From contig NIVC01000073.1 in NCBI GenBank assembly GCA_002269645.1, forward strand, positions 620,001-684,000: a stretch of 64,000 nucleotides of DNA, in the 5' to 3' direction. A program made the position numbers and the translations under genes. Below the pieces are notes generated by a model. It was not told the DNA's origin and did not search any database. It saw only the letters and a list, made by a program, of their open reading frames with translations. The stretch's first letter is position 1, and every line of letters starts with the position of its first letter. Of the stretch, positions 34,502-64,000 are shown piece after piece. Origin of the DNA: Macrostomum lignano (taxonomy: Eukaryota).

Positions 34502-35990
34502 ATGGCTTGCGTTACTCTCAAACGATCGCTGGACCACGAGGCTTCCTCCGTGACGTCGGCAAAGCGGCGCAGATTTCATCACTGCGGCAGTCGCAGCCCG
34601 CCGTCGCCGAATTCTTCAACAATGTCGCCCGGTTCCGCTGGCTCCTCGTCCATTGCGAACGCCTGCGGCGCGTTGACGTTCGTGCCGCCTCCGGCCGCTC
34701 CGTCGAATGTCGACCAGTCGCAGGATTTTCCGGCGTCCCGTCTGCCGCCTGAGCTGCTGTCGCAACGGCTGACTGCCGAGATCCGACGGCTGCAGCGTCG
34801 TCGTCTGATTCCATCGGCTGCCGCGGCCGCGGCTTCGGCGCCGAACGGAGGCGGCAGCGGCGCCGGCGGTAGTGGCAGCGACTCGGAGATGCCGACTGCT
34901 ACTGTGGCTGCTGCCCTGTGCACCCATTGCGGCGCTTCCGCTGTGAAGGCCGGTTCGGCCTCCAGTTCGCCAGGATCGTCTTCGGCCGGTCCAAGCGGCG
35001 AGCCGGCCCTGTTCACCCTGTCGCAGGTGCAGTCGATTGCCGAGAAGCTTCTGTCCGAGCGGGAGCAGCAGATTCGGACGGAATTTCAAGCTTTGCTGAG
35101 CGCTAAACTGCAGGAGCAATATGACGCCTTCCTGCGCTTCAATCACGACCAAATCTATAGGATGCACAGTGGTGCGCCCATGTCGTGTAAGTTGGGCTTT
35201 GTCGGCTCGTTGGAATAAAATTGGGGCCGGTCTGTGTTGGATTGGGGAATTTTCAGTTCTATCCCGTGTGCTGAACTGGGGAATTCTTCAGTTCTATCCC
35301 GTGTGCTGAACTGGGGAATTCTTCAGTGCTATCCCGTGTGCTGAACTGGGGAATTCTTCAGTTCTATCCCGTGTGCTGAACTGGAGAATTTTTCAGTTCT
35401 ATCCCGTGTGCTAAAACTGGGGAATTCTTCAGTTCTATCCCGTGTGCTGGATTGGGGAATTCTTCAGTTCTATCCCGTGTGCTAAAACTGGGGAATTCTT
35501 CAGTTCTATCCCGTGTGCTGAACTGGGGAATTCTTCAGTTCTATCCCGTGTGCTAAATTGGGGAATTCTTCAGTTCTATCCCGTGTGATGAACTGGGGAA
35601 TTCTTCAGTTCTATCCCGTGTGCTGAACTGGGGAATTCTTCAGTTCTATCCCGTGTGCTAAACTGAGGAATTTTTCAGTTCTATCCCGTGTGCTGAACTG
35701 GGGAATTCTTCAGTTCTATCCCGTGTGCTGGATTGGGGAATTCTTCAGTTCTATCCCATGTGCTGGATTGGGGAATTCTTCAGTTCTATCCCGTGTGCTG
35801 AACTGGGGAATTCTTCAGTTCTATCTCGTGTGCTGGATTGGGGAATACTTCAGTTCTATCCCGTGTGTTCTGAACTGGGGAATTCTTCAGTTCTATCCCG
35901 TGTGCTGGATTGGGAAATTCTTCCTACTGAGCAGCTTATCCAGTTATTTAAATACATTTTCCTCTGTTTCGCATTGCAGATGTTTCGTAA
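34502..35990 (+). CDS. akirin: Akirin; exons 34502-35186 and 35980-35990, ~231 aa
   Basis: N-terminus MACVTLKR, NLS KRRR, and conserved C-terminal helix EREQQIRTEFQALLSAKLQEQYDAFLRFNHDQI. A phase-1 GTAAGT...TTGCAG intron restores the family terminus SYVS-stop. AATAAA at 36045. Confidence 0.96.
35233..35923. repeat. 35-bp minisatellite filling the Akirin intron
   Basis: Unit GGGGAATTCTTCAGTTCTATCCCGTGTGCTGAACT, about 19 copies. Confidence 0.95.
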
Positions 35991-36682
35991 ATCCAAACAG
36001 GCATCAACCTGCTAACCGAAGGAGGAGTGTGTCGCAAGGAACACAATAAACAATTGGGTTAACTTCTACTGCAACTCTTTACTATAAATACATTTTTCAT
36101 GAAATTTAAACGACCCTAGTAAAACAAATTTACCTGAAAAGTCAGCCTATTAAAATCACTGATTTTCATTGCAGTAGTCCGCATTGGCTGATAGAAGTAC
36201 AGTGTTTGCTTAATCCCCACACCACCACCCAACCCTAGCAACTGCTTAGCAACCAAAAGTCTTCAACCGGCATCTCTTCAATTGAACTCAGTTCTTTCAG
36301 CCAGTTACTCTCTGTAAATGCATAAGTATAAGTGAAATTAATCAATACTAGCTAATGCACATCCAATATATTAAATAGCATTGCAGTAACAAACTAATAA
36401 CGTATTTCTGCGCGTTTATGATTTTCCTAGCCAAGCCTTCCATAAAAATGTTTCTATCTTTTCTCTCTTGTCTTGTAAAATAAAAGCTATCAATAAGCCT
36501 TGCTTGGGGCTTGACAATTTCAGCTAGCCAATGTCAGACTTGTTGGTTGCACACTTTGCTTTGTCGCTTATTTCTCATCTGCTCTCATTGCTCATTTATT
36601 ATTTGTCTCCTATGTTATAAAACTGCTTAGCAGCCACTTACTATTCATTGCGAAATTAAATTATCAGAAACTGATTTTCTTT

Positions 36683-37737
36683 GTAGTTAGATTTGCATAG
36701 CAACAGAATTTCCCTGTAGTTAGATCTGCATTGTAACGGGATTTACCTGTAGTTAGATCTGCATAGCAACAGAATTTCCCTGTAGTTAGATCTGCATTGT
36801 AACGGGATTTACCTGTAGTTAGATCTGCATAGCAACAGAATTTCCCTGTAGTTAGATCTGCATTGTAACGGGATTTACCTGTAGTTAGATTTGCATAGCA
36901 ACAGAATTTCCCTGTAGTTAGATCTGCATTGTAACGGGATTTACCTGTAGTTAGATCTGCATAGCAACAGAATTTCCCTGTAGTTAGATCTGCATTGTAA
37001 CGGGATTTACCTGTAGTTAGATCTGCATAGCAACAGAATTTCCCTGTAGTTAGATCTGCATTGTAACGGGATTTACCTGTAGTTAGATCTGCATAGCAAC
37101 AGAATTTCCCTGTAGTTAGATCTGCATTGTAACGGGATTTCCCTGTAGTTAGATCTGCATAGCAACAGAATTTCCCTGTAGTTAGATCTGCATTGTAACG
37201 GGATTTACCTGTAGTTAGATCTGCATAGCAACAGAATTTCCCTGTAGTTAGATCTGCATTGTAACGGGATTTACCTGTAGTTAGATCTGCATAGCAACAG
37301 AATTTCCCTGTAGTTAGATCTGCATTGTAACGGGATTTACCTGTAGTTAGATCTGCATAGCAACAGAATTTCCCTGTAGTTTGATCTGCATTGTAACGGG
37401 ATTTACCTGTAGTTAGATCTGCATAGCAACAGAATTTCCCTGTAGTTAGATCTGCATTGTAACGGGATTTACCTGTAGTTAGATCTGCATAGCAGCAGAA
37501 TATCCCTGTAGTTAGATCTGCATTGTAACGGGATTTACCTGTAGTTAGATCTGCATAGCAACAGAATTTCCCTGTAGTTAGATCTGCATTGTAACGGGAT
37601 TTACCTGTAGTTAGATCTGCATAGAAACAGAATTTCCCTGTAGTTAGATCTGCATTGTAACGGGATTTACCTGTAGTTAGATCTGCATTGTAACGGGATT
37701 TACCTGTAGTTAGATCTGCATAGTAACGGGATGTACC
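36683..37737. repeat. 66-bp higher-order repeat (alternating 33-bp A/B subunits)
   Basis: A=GTAGTTAGATCTGCATAGCAACAGAATTTCCCT, B=GTAGTTAGATCTGCATTGTAACGGGATTTACCT, about 16 AB pairs. Confidence 0.95.
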
Positions 37738-38830
37738 TTTCTAGAGCTATCTGATAAAGGTGAATAAGTTGGTTGCTCAGTTGTTTAACAGAGTTCGGGC
37801 CACCTTGCGCTCCTATCAAGTCATACTTTGTCTGAAAACTGTTTTATAAACGGACAAGTATTGTAAAAAAACATTTAGTAAGCCTACCCATCATATCCTC
37901 CATTGCATTAATTATTTTGTGCTTTCTTAATTAGTAGCCTTATTATGTATCAATAATATAACGAAAACATTTCTGTTTGATGCAATTTAATAGTACATAA
38001 TTAAATTACTTTGCTTAGAATTAATTATCCCAAAGTCCCTTTTTCGTGTCACTCACAAAAATCAACTGAGCTATAACTGTTACAATAATTAAAATACAGT
38101 TCAATTTGCTTAATTACTACTACTAATCTTTTACTAACAGTAGACAGTTGCGCTTATGTTACTTCTTAAAAAAATAGTTCTTTCGTCACCGTTTTTCAAG
38201 CTCTTTCTTAATCTTTCGCGATTAAATTGTTCCGCGAAGCGTGCTCGTAATTTTATGTTTTACTTTGCATACTTGCTTATTGTTAATTATTTCTTTATTT
38301 TGCTCATTAATAATTACTATTGTACTGTAGCCTCGTCAAAATCTTCGTTTTAAATGTTGAGCTAAATTTTTTATACTCGCTACGAGCGTACTTACTGGAT
38401 CACTGGTTAGTAGCGTTGTTACGATATAATATCCTTTATTAATTATCCCTGCTCAGCTGTTTCATTATTATTATTATTATTCTCACTTTCATTGTGTGCT
38501 AATTAATGCTTTATTACCTACTTGCTTGCAATCTGAATTATTGACACGCTATCCGCATCGCTTAAACCTCTGCCTCTGCTGTCTGCAAGAGTTTTAAGTA
38601 ACCTTAATATAAAAATAATCGGCTTCAGCGTCCGCTTTCCATTGGATAATAAGCGACGGAGATACCTCGTTCGTCCGCTGCTTTGCAAGCTAAACTAAAT
38701 CCATGATGGTTCAAGCAAAAAATTTTGACAAGATTTTCATATAGCATTTTCTTGTTTATTTATAGTCATTCCTTCTGAGTATACATCTCTTGTCTCACCT
38801 ATCTCAAGGCAATACTGCTTATATATTCTT

Positions 38831-39369
38831 AGATTAGCAATCCATTCTGTTCCTTCACCCAGCAGATATGGCTATAGATTAGCGATCCATTCTGTTCCTT
38901 CACCCAGCAGATATGGCTATAGATTAGCAATCCATTCTGTTCCTTCACCCAGCAGATATGGCTATAGATTAGCAATCCATTCTGTTCCTTCACCCAGCAG
39001 ATATGGCTATAGATTAGCAATCCATTCTGTTCCTTCACCCAGCAGATATGGCTATAGATTAGCAATCCATTCTGTTCCTTCACCCAGCAGATATGGCTAT
39101 AGATTAGCGATCCATTCTGTTCCTTCACCCAGCAGATATGGCTATAGATTAGCAATCCATTCTGTTCCTTCATCCAGCAGATATGGCTATAGATTAGCAA
39201 TCCATTCTGTTCCTTCATCCAGCAGATATGGCTATAGATTAGCAATTCATTCTGTTCCTTCACCCAGCAGATATGGCTATAGATTAGCAATCCATTCTGT
39301 TCCTTCACCCAGCAGATATGGCTATAGATTAGCAATCCATTCTGTTCCTTCACCCAGCAGATATGGCTA
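38831..39369 (-). repeat. 45-bp minisatellite, left array (inverted relative to 41385-42838)
   Basis: Unit AGATTAGCAATCCATTCTGTTCCTTCACCCAGCAGATATGGCTAT, about 12 copies. Confidence 0.95.
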
Positions 39370-39787
39370 CAGCATAAGTTCCAATCAGCTGCTTATAGCT
39401 TTTAAACCAATTAGGCTCCGTAGTTTTATACCTGCAGACCCCTGGACTTGTTTTAAATTCGTTCATTGGCCGCTATCCCAGCTTCCCTAATCCCATATAA
39501 AAAGCCAGCTAACCCAGCAGCTGGTTCGCAGATCTATAATACGCTCGTAATGGCTGGCAAGCAACATCGGCAGGCGCATGCCCTGGTAACTGATGAGGGA
39601 TGTTTAACCTGCAGTTGGCAAGTTAATCAAAGGCAGCCCAGAATTACTTCTAATCTGCCGTACTGCCACTAATTGCCAAACCTGTCGGACTTGTGCGCTG
39701 CATCACGTTGGGGCGGAGCTTTGCGTTTTGATTTGCCAGAAACTGCTTACAGTGTGCTGTCTTCTTACAGTGTGACGGCATCGTCCC

Positions 39788-39950
39788 GCCAACCAGCGCT
39801 GACGGCAATTCCCTGCCCATTCCGCAGACTCGTGAGCACATGCAAGCGCGCCAATGCTGTACACACGCTCACACGGGGTGAACAGCAGTCCTGACTTTCT
39901 AATCGGCCAGGCATGTACACTCTCAGAGCCTTGGGGCATTGGCCTTCATG
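39788..39950 (-). repeat. Dispersed structured repeat, copy C
   Basis: The reverse complement reads CATGAAGGCCAATGCCCCAAGGC...TGTACATGCCTGGCCGATTAGAAAGTCAGG...GAGTCTGCGGAATGGGCAG...CAGCGCTGGTTG. Confidence 0.85.
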
Positions 39951-41384
39951 TCTCTGTAAGCCTTAAATAAATGTGGCCGAGTCGAACCAAGGTCGTTCAA
40001 TCTATTAACTAAATTAGTTCGAATCCTGCGGATCATAACTGTGTTGTAATAGCAGTTCTGCCTGAATCTGTTCGCTTAGATTCGGATTAGCCTCGGGTCT
40101 AATGGGTGACAGGAAGCCATTCCATGAATTGGCAATCTTCCTTCTGTAAATCATTTTGCTTCACCGTGGCTCACAGTATCAATGGCTACACGCAATTGTA
40201 AATCAAACTTCTTGTTCGTTTGACTGCTTTTTACATGTGCAAGATTGGCTGGTCAGCGAATGCATTATCCCTGTCTGTCCATTCACTGCTGATTTAAACG
40301 CGACAATCTATTGGGATGGCCTCAGTAAGACAGTGAGGTTCATCTTTGAGACACTTCAGTAAGACAGTGAGGTTCATCTTTGAGACACTTCAGTCAGACA
40401 GTGCATGAGGTTCATCTTTGAGACACTTCAGTAAGAGAGTGCATGAGGTTCCTCTTTGAGACACTTCAGTAAGACAGTGACAAAAGTATTCTAGCATGTT
40501 TTAGAAAATCTAAATTCGACATAAAGTTTCGAGTTGCCAAAAAGCTTGGCTCCAACAGAGCTGACAGCTGCATGGCTCAACCAATCAGTGCAAAGCAGAC
40601 TTCTGCCTTGATGCCATTCGCTACCCACCGACAGCTACGTGGGGAGAAAACCCTAAGAAAAAATCAAGAATCCAACGCAGGCGTCTGACTGCAGTCCACC
40701 TGATTGAGTAGGCTGAGTACTGGTCTCTCCAGTTCCCTCTCTCACTCCCTGCTTGCCCTAATATCCCAATCCCGACTGCTCATCTGCATCGCGTGTTGCC
40801 GCCTCCAGCGCTTGCCGAGAATTTGTTGATTGAATCAATCAATTCCTACACAAGCGCAGCGCCACTGGCATATTCGGTGAGTCAACCAGCAGAGTCAAAC
40901 TCGATTCGTGATTGCTGCTCAGCGCTGCGCAGTGTCTATCGGGTCTGTCGTGATTTCTCAATCATATTTTGGGGAAAATATCATATAGCTACGACTTCAC
41001 TAATTTCTTCCCTAGAGCTTATACAGAACTGGATCGAGTCCTCATCTCCGCCATCTACGCAAAGAACGACAAGCCTAATAAACAGATCGGCAACTCTCGG
41101 AATAGCATTAGTAACTGCATTTGCACTCCGAATCACAGAACACGAACGAAATTTCGGCTTTCGCCTGGGATGTTAGCAGCAAAGCCCTAATAAACCAATT
41201 CTGAGATGCATGAGATCATAAAATTAAAATTGCCTGCTTTGGAAAAATTCCCTTTATCTAATGAATATGCAAGTAGATTTTAATATCTAGGCTTATAAGC
41301 CCTTTAGATTAGCCTAATCTATGGTTTCATGTAATCTGCTCTTTATCAATTCATCTTCCCGGTTCTTGCTGAGAATGAAGTGTA

Positions 41385-42838
41385 TTGCTAATCTATGGCC
41401 ATATCTGCTGGGTGAAGGAACAGAATGGATTGCTAATCTATAGCCATATCTGCTGGGTGAAGGAACAGAATGGATTGCTAATCTGTAGCCCATATCTGCT
41501 GGGTGAAGGAACAGAATGGATTGCTAATCTGTAGCCCATATCCGCTGGGTGAAGGAACAGAATGGATTGCTAATCTATAGCCATATCTGCTGGGTGAAGG
41601 AACAGAATGGATTGCTAATCTATAGCCATATCTGCTGGGTGAAGGAACAGAATGGATTGCTAATCTGTAGCCCATATCCGCTGGGTGAAGGAACAGAATG
41701 GATTGCTAATCTATAGCCATATCTGCTGGGTGAAGGAACAGAATGGATTGCTAATCTGTAGCCCATATCTGCTGGGTGAAGGAACAGAATGGATTGCTAA
41801 TCTATAGCCATATCTGCTGGGTGAAGGAACAGAATGGATTGCTAATCTATAGCCATAGCTGCTGGGTGAAGGAACAGAATGGATTGCTAATCTATAGCCA
41901 TATCTGCTGGGTGAAGGAACAGAATGGATTGCTAATCTATAGCCATATCTGCTGGGTGAAGGAACAGAATGGATTGCTAATCTATAGCCATATCTGCTGG
42001 GTGAAGGAACAGAATGGATTGCTAATCTATAGCCATATCTGCTGGGTGAAGGAACAGAATGGATTGCTAATCTATAGCCATATCTGCTGGGTGAAGGAAC
42101 AGAATGGATTGCTAATCTGTAGCCATATCTGCTGGGCGAAGGAATAGAATGGATTGCTAATCTATAGCCATATCTGCTGGGTGAAGGAACAGAATGGATT
42201 GCTAATCTGTAGCCATATCTGCTGGATGAAGGAACAGAATGGATCGCTAATCTATAGCCATATCTGCTGGATGAAGGAACAGAATGGATCGCTAATCTAT
42301 AGCCATATCTGCTGGATGAAGGAACAGAATGGATTGCTAATCTATAGCCATATCTGCTGGATGAAGGAACAGAATGGATTGCTAATCTATAGCCATATCT
42401 GCTGGATGAAGGAACAGAATGGATTGCTAATCTATAGCCATATCTGCTGGGTGAAGGAACAGAATGGATTGCTAATCTATAGCCATATCTGCTGGGTGAA
42501 GGAACAGAATGGATTGCTAATCTATAGCCATATCTGCTGGGTGAAGGAACAGAATGGATTGCTAATCTATAGCCATATCTGCTGAGTGAAGGAACAGAAT
42601 GGATTGCTAATCTATAGCCATATCTGCTGGGTGAAGGAACAGAATGGATTGCTAATCTATAGCCATATCTGCTGAGTGAAGGAACAGAATGGATTGCTAA
42701 TCTATAGCCATATCTGCTGAGTGAAGGAACAGAATGGATTGCTAATCTATAGCCATATCTGCTGGGTGAAGGAACAGAATGGATTGCTAATCTATAGCCA
42801 TATCTGCTGGGTGAAGGAACAGAATGGATTGCTAATCT
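41385..42838 (+). repeat. 45-bp minisatellite, right array
   Basis: Reverse complement of the 38831-39369 unit, about 32 copies. Confidence 0.95.
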
Positions 42839-43275
42839 GCATAAAATTCAGGGGCATATTTCCAGCATATTGGCGGCCCGTCGCATCCCACAAGCATCCT
42901 TAGCTGCCTGCAGAGTGCACCGGGTTTTGCCTCAGCCACAAGCTGTGGGAGCGACTGATGCGAGACAACAGCAGCTGGTTGCCAACCGCTGCACCCCTTC
43001 GGCTTTGCAGCTCTCTTTTTTATTGCTCTGAGCAAACAAACAGCTACCTTGGCCTGGCATTGCCGCTTGTCTTCTTTAGCTAATAGGCATCGCAAGATCT
43101 CTTCTCTCCTCTCCTCTCCTTACACCCTTCTTTGGGAAAAATGAAAATTTATTTGCTCAACCTCCGAAAAACGGCTTTCGCCGTTATAGTTCTACTTTTA
43201 TTCTGCAGCATCTTCTTTTGCATTCTCTGCGCGTCAGGAAATTTTGTATGGTTTTTTATTGAAAACTTTTAGGCT

Positions 43276-43790
43276 GTGGCACTTAACGGAAGCAAATGGC
43301 GCCCATCAGGAGGGAATGGCGCTCATCATAATGAAATGACGCTCATCAGAATGGAATGGCGCTCATCATAATGAAATGGCGCTCATCGGAATGAAATGTC
43401 GTTCATCCGAATGAAATGGCGTTCATCAGAATGGAATGGCACCCATTAGAAGGGAATGGCGTTCACTAGGAAAGAATGGCGCCCGCTAGAAAAGAATGGC
43501 GCCCACTAGGAATGAATGGCGCCCACTAGAAAAGAATGGCGCCCGCTAGGACAGAGTGGCGCCCGCTAGGACAGAGTTGCGCCCGCTAGAAAAGAGTGGC
43601 GCCCGCTAGAAAAGAATGGCGCCCGCTAGGACAGAGTGGCGCCCGCTAGGACAGAGTTGCGCCCGCTAGAAAAGAGTGGCGCCCGCTAGGAAAGAGTGGC
43701 GCCCGCTAGAAAAGAATGGCGCCCACTAGGAATGAATGGCGCCCGCTAGGAAAGAATGGCGCCCATTAGAAGGGAATGGCGCCCATCACG
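43276..43790. repeat. 20-bp minisatellite
   Basis: Unit GAATGGCGCCCGCTAGAAAA and variants. Confidence 0.9.
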
Positions 43791-44091
43791 GATGAAGGAC
43801 TTCTGGGACTAAAGAGATTATTACTGTATTCTCCGGCTGAATAGTCAGCTAAACTTATTTATAAAACTTATAAAATCGAACTAATTATAAGCTGCTATGG
43901 CAATTAGAAAATTAGCCGTCATCTGTGCGATAAACTTTTAATTACATTGCTAGCAGACTCTGCTTAATATTAGCGGCCTGATAACCCCCCCCCCCCAACA
44001 CATCCATCAAGCCAGCGGCTCTAAGCTGAGCCCAATCATTTTACTAATCAAGATTTCCCCTATTGGTAAATTAGCGAAAATATATTCGAAA

Positions 44092-45070
44092 ATTGGGATG
44101 TAGGATAATGAACTGGAATGTAGGATAATGAACTGGAATGTAGAATAATGAATTGGAATGTAGAATAATGAACTGGAATGTAGGATAATGAATTGGAATG
44201 TAGGATAATGAACTGGAAAGTAGAATAATGAACTGGAATGTAGAATAATGAACTGGAATGTAGAATAATGAACTGGAATGTAGGATAATGAACTGGAATG
44301 TAGGATAATGAACTGGAATGTAGGATAATGAACTGGAATGTAGGATAATGAACTGGAATGTAGGATAATGAACTGGAATGTAGGATAATGAACTGGAATG
44401 TAGGATAATGAACTGGAATGTAGGATAATGAACTGGAATGTAGGATAATAAACTGGAATGTAGAATAATGAACTGGAATGTAGGATAATGAACTGGAATG
44501 TAGGATAATGAACTGGAATGTAGGATAATGAACTGGAATGTAGGATAATGAATTGGAATGTAGAATAATGAACTTGAATGTAGGATAATGAACTGGAATG
44601 TAGGATAATGAACTGGAATGTAGGATAATGAACTGGAATGTAGGATAATGGTCTGGAATGTAGGATAATGAACTGGAATGTAGGATAATGAACTGGAATG
44701 TAGGATAATGAACTGGAATGTAGGATAATGGTCTGGAATGTAGGATAATGAACTGGAATGTAGGATAATGAACTGGAATGTAGGATAATGAACTGGAATG
44801 TAGGATAATGAACTGGAATGTAGGATAATGAACTGGAATGTAGGATAATGAACTGGAATGTAGGATAATGAACTGGAATGTAGGATAATGAACTGGAATG
44901 TAGGATAATGAATTGGAATGTAGAATAATGAACTTGAATGTAGGATAATGAACTGGAATGTAGGATAATGAACTGGAATGTAGGATAATGAACTGGAATG
45001 TAGGATAATGAACTGGAATGTAGGATAATGAACTGGAATGTAGGATAATGATAATGATGTAGGATAAGGA
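44092..45070. repeat. 20-bp minisatellite
   Basis: Unit TAGGATAATGAACTGGAATG, about 48 copies. Confidence 0.95.
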
Positions 45071-45934
45071 TAATGATCTATTATTCAAAAATATTGATAA
45101 TTTTGGTCAATATTTTCAGTTTATTATCTTGCGACACAACTCCAGGTTCATAGCAGAACGTGAGCAGGAGTAACAAGTACAGTATCACAGATTTTTCTGG
45201 TGCAGGAGTAATCGAGAGACCCCTGGGTAGGCAGGAAAGACAGAGAGGCTAAAATAAATCTGAGGAGATTATGCTCCAGCTCGTCCCGAGTTAGTGAATA
45301 ATAAAACTTCTGTTTTTTACCAGACGGAGCATTGGACAGGATCTGGGACCCCCCGGTTCTCTGCGGTAGTATTAGCAAAATGCAAATGAGCTGAGCGGGC
45401 GCAATTGCATTTTAGCGAGACCGGAGCGAGACCAGTGCGCCCCAGGAGCAGCAGCTGAAGGGATATTTATGACCTTGCATCCGCCATCTCTCCGTTTCTC
45501 CCATCCGCATCATCATTCCTTCTCTTCGGGGAATATGCTAGCGAGAGTATATGGGAGAGATTTTTTGCAGATTTCTTCCCGCTCTTCGCTCTTCCATTTC
45601 TACTCATCCCGTTTGCTCCGACAATCGGAGCTCAGGGCGCCTCCTGTGCTCCCCAGCTGCCATCCAAAAAACTTCACGTATTGCATGGCAACTTTCCCCA
45701 GTGCCTCGAACTCCCCACTGAGTTCCAATCCCCTTCTTCAAAAGCTATTCTGCTGGCACAGGGATAAAAGGAATAAAAGAGAGAACTGCCTTCTCTGCTT
45801 TGGAATTTGCAATATCCTTTTTGGCTATAATCTCTCTGGATGGGATTTGAAAGTTATCAGCATAGCGGATACAAAGAATGCCAATGGGATTATACATTGT
45901 GTGTCTGTTTTATTGAACCGTAAAATCATGTATT

Positions 45935-46632
45935 GAATGTGCTGTTTGTCTGTTTTTATTTCAGGGTAAAATCATGTGTTGAATTTGCTGTTTGTCTGTT
46001 TCATTTCACGGTAAAATCATGTGTTAAATGTGCTGTTTGTCTGTTTCATTTCAGGGTAAAATCATGTGTTGAATGTGCTGTTTGTCTGTTTCATTTCACG
46101 GTAAAATCATGTGTTGAATGTGCTGTTTGTCTGTTTCCTTGTAGGGTAAAATAATGTATTTAATGTGCTGTTTGTCTGTTTCATTTCAGGGTAAAATCAT
46201 GTGTTGAATGTGCTGTTTGTCTGTTTCATTTCACGGGAAAATCATGTGTTGAATGTGCTGTTTGTCTGTTTCCTTGTAGGGTAAAATAATGTATTTAATG
46301 TGCTGTTTGTCTGTTTCATTTCAGGGTAAAATCATGTGTTGAATTTGCTGTTTGTCTGTTTCATTTCAGGGTAAAATCATGTGTTGAATGTGCTGTTTGT
46401 CTGTTTCATTTCAGGGTAAAATCATGTGTTAAATGTGCTGTTTGTCTGTTTCATTTCAGGGTAAAATCATGTGTTGAATGTGCTGTTTGTCTGTTTCATT
46501 TCAGGGTAAAATCATGTGTTAAATGTGCTGTTTGTCTGTTTCATTTCAGGGTAAAATCATGTGTTGAATTTGCTGTTTGACTGTTTCATTTCAAGGTAAA
46601 ATCATGTGTTGAATGTGCTGTTTGTCTGTTTC
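45935..46632. repeat. 45-bp minisatellite (unrelated to the inverted arrays)
   Basis: Unit TGTGCTGTTTGTCTGTTTCATTTCAGGGTAAAATCATGTGTTGAA, about 15 copies. Confidence 0.95.
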
Positions 46633-47096
46633 CAATTTGTACCAGGCATAGAGCCCTCTCGGCCTTTTCAATTGTACAAAATCTTTCTTTACTCTTCTTT
46701 TTCCCACCGAAAGACTACAAGGGAAACTACAAGTGCAGCAGAAGCAATTGTCGGATGGGCAAACACGGAAGGCAGATAGCCGGCATTCTGCATCAGGCAC
46801 CGCCCGTGTCCCCTGGGGAGATATTGTCAAGTAACCTTCGACAGCCCTTCAAGGCCGGAGAGCATATTTCCCCTGGGAAATTCAACAGACTCTTCGCTTC
46901 CACCCACTCAAATCGTCTCGCGGACAGGTGCTAATCAAATTCTGCTTCCAGTGAATCGAAGTCGGATTTTGAATAGAGCCAGAGTGCTGTCTAACAGGGG
47001 GGATTTCAGGTGTTGATGATATCCTGTTTCCTAATTAGAGGAAAGAATTCGCCCTGTTCAAACTGAATCCTCGTACTTTGTTTAGTATGCAACTGC

Positions 47097-47404
47097 ATCT
47101 ACCCAATCAGACACCAATCTACCCAATCAGACACCAATCTACCCAATCAGACACCAATCTACCCATTCAGACACCAATCTACCCAATCAGACACCAATCT
47201 ACCCATTCAGACACCAATCTACCCAATCAGACACCAATCTACCCATTCAGACAACAATCTACCCAATCAGACAACAATCTACCCAATCAGACCCCAAGCT
47301 ACCTAATCAGACCCCAAGCTACCCAATCAGACCCCAAGCTACCCAATCAGACCCCAAGCTACCCAATCAGACCCCAAGCTACCCAATCAGACCCCAAGCT
47401 ACCC
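47097..47404. repeat. 20-bp minisatellite ~90 nt upstream of the iGluR ATG
   Basis: Unit ACCCAATCAGACACCAATCT grading into ACCCAATCAGACCCCAAGCT. Confidence 0.9.
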
Positions 47405-47492
47405 TAATGGCAGCAGAAAGCCAATTAAACTAGGTCAGTTGTCGGCATGCCAATCCTCATTCCTCAGATTCCTCGGACACGTCCAGGACGCA

Positions 47493-63950
<16,458 letters not shown>

Positions 63951-64000
63951 GTGAGATTGAGAATGGAGTGTCCTTGTTCTAGGATGGGTGTCCTCTTCTA

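Noticed and set aside
35187-35218. Akirin C-terminus as given by the ORF track (CKLGFVGSLE)
   Set aside because: It reads through a GTAAGT donor; the spliced form restores the conserved SYVS.
39370-41384. Protein-coding gene in the core between the inverted arrays (ORFs 40793-41176 and others)
   Set aside because: There is no ATG-led or splice-supported ORF with recognisable motifs. Function cannot be excluded without homology searches.

Overview
Metazoan genomic DNA with GT-AG introns, GC-rich exons and minisatellite-filled introns; the style suggests a free-living flatworm such as Macrostomum, which is inference only. (1) 1-~7.6 kb: a near-intact Ty3/Gypsy LTR retrotransposon whose 5' LTR lies outside the window. 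It has gag, a GGGAAAC plus pseudoknot -1 frameshift signal, PR-RT-RNaseH-IN interrupted by two 1-nt frameshifts, an extra non-env 3' coding domain, a PPT and a 3' LTR. It is followed by tRNA-Leu PBS-like motifs and a small spliced RGG/CCHC/poly-Q ORF. (2) ~8-34 kb: an AT-rich graveyard of nested transposons. It holds a complete Charlie/Buster-type hAT (8-bp TSD, two nonsense codons), a Helitron-like element with an internal minisatellite and TTAGGG tract, a decayed Mutator-like gene (CG-1-like, DDE, Ulp1, PHD), and three TA-flanked foldback MITEs. The octamer TAGGCCTA is strongly over-represented there. (3) 34.5-36 kb: Akirin, two exons ending in SYVS. (4) 36.7-47.4 kb: minisatellite arrays, including one 45-bp unit present as two inverted arrays. 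(5) 47.5-64 kb: the first 12 coding exons (818 codons) of a kainate-type ionotropic glutamate receptor, with a GC-AG first intron; the gene continues past the window. A ~120-190 bp repeat with apparently conserved base pairing occurs three times (32.4, 39.8, 49.7 kb). All calls were made by eye without database searches, and repeat-array boundaries are approximate.
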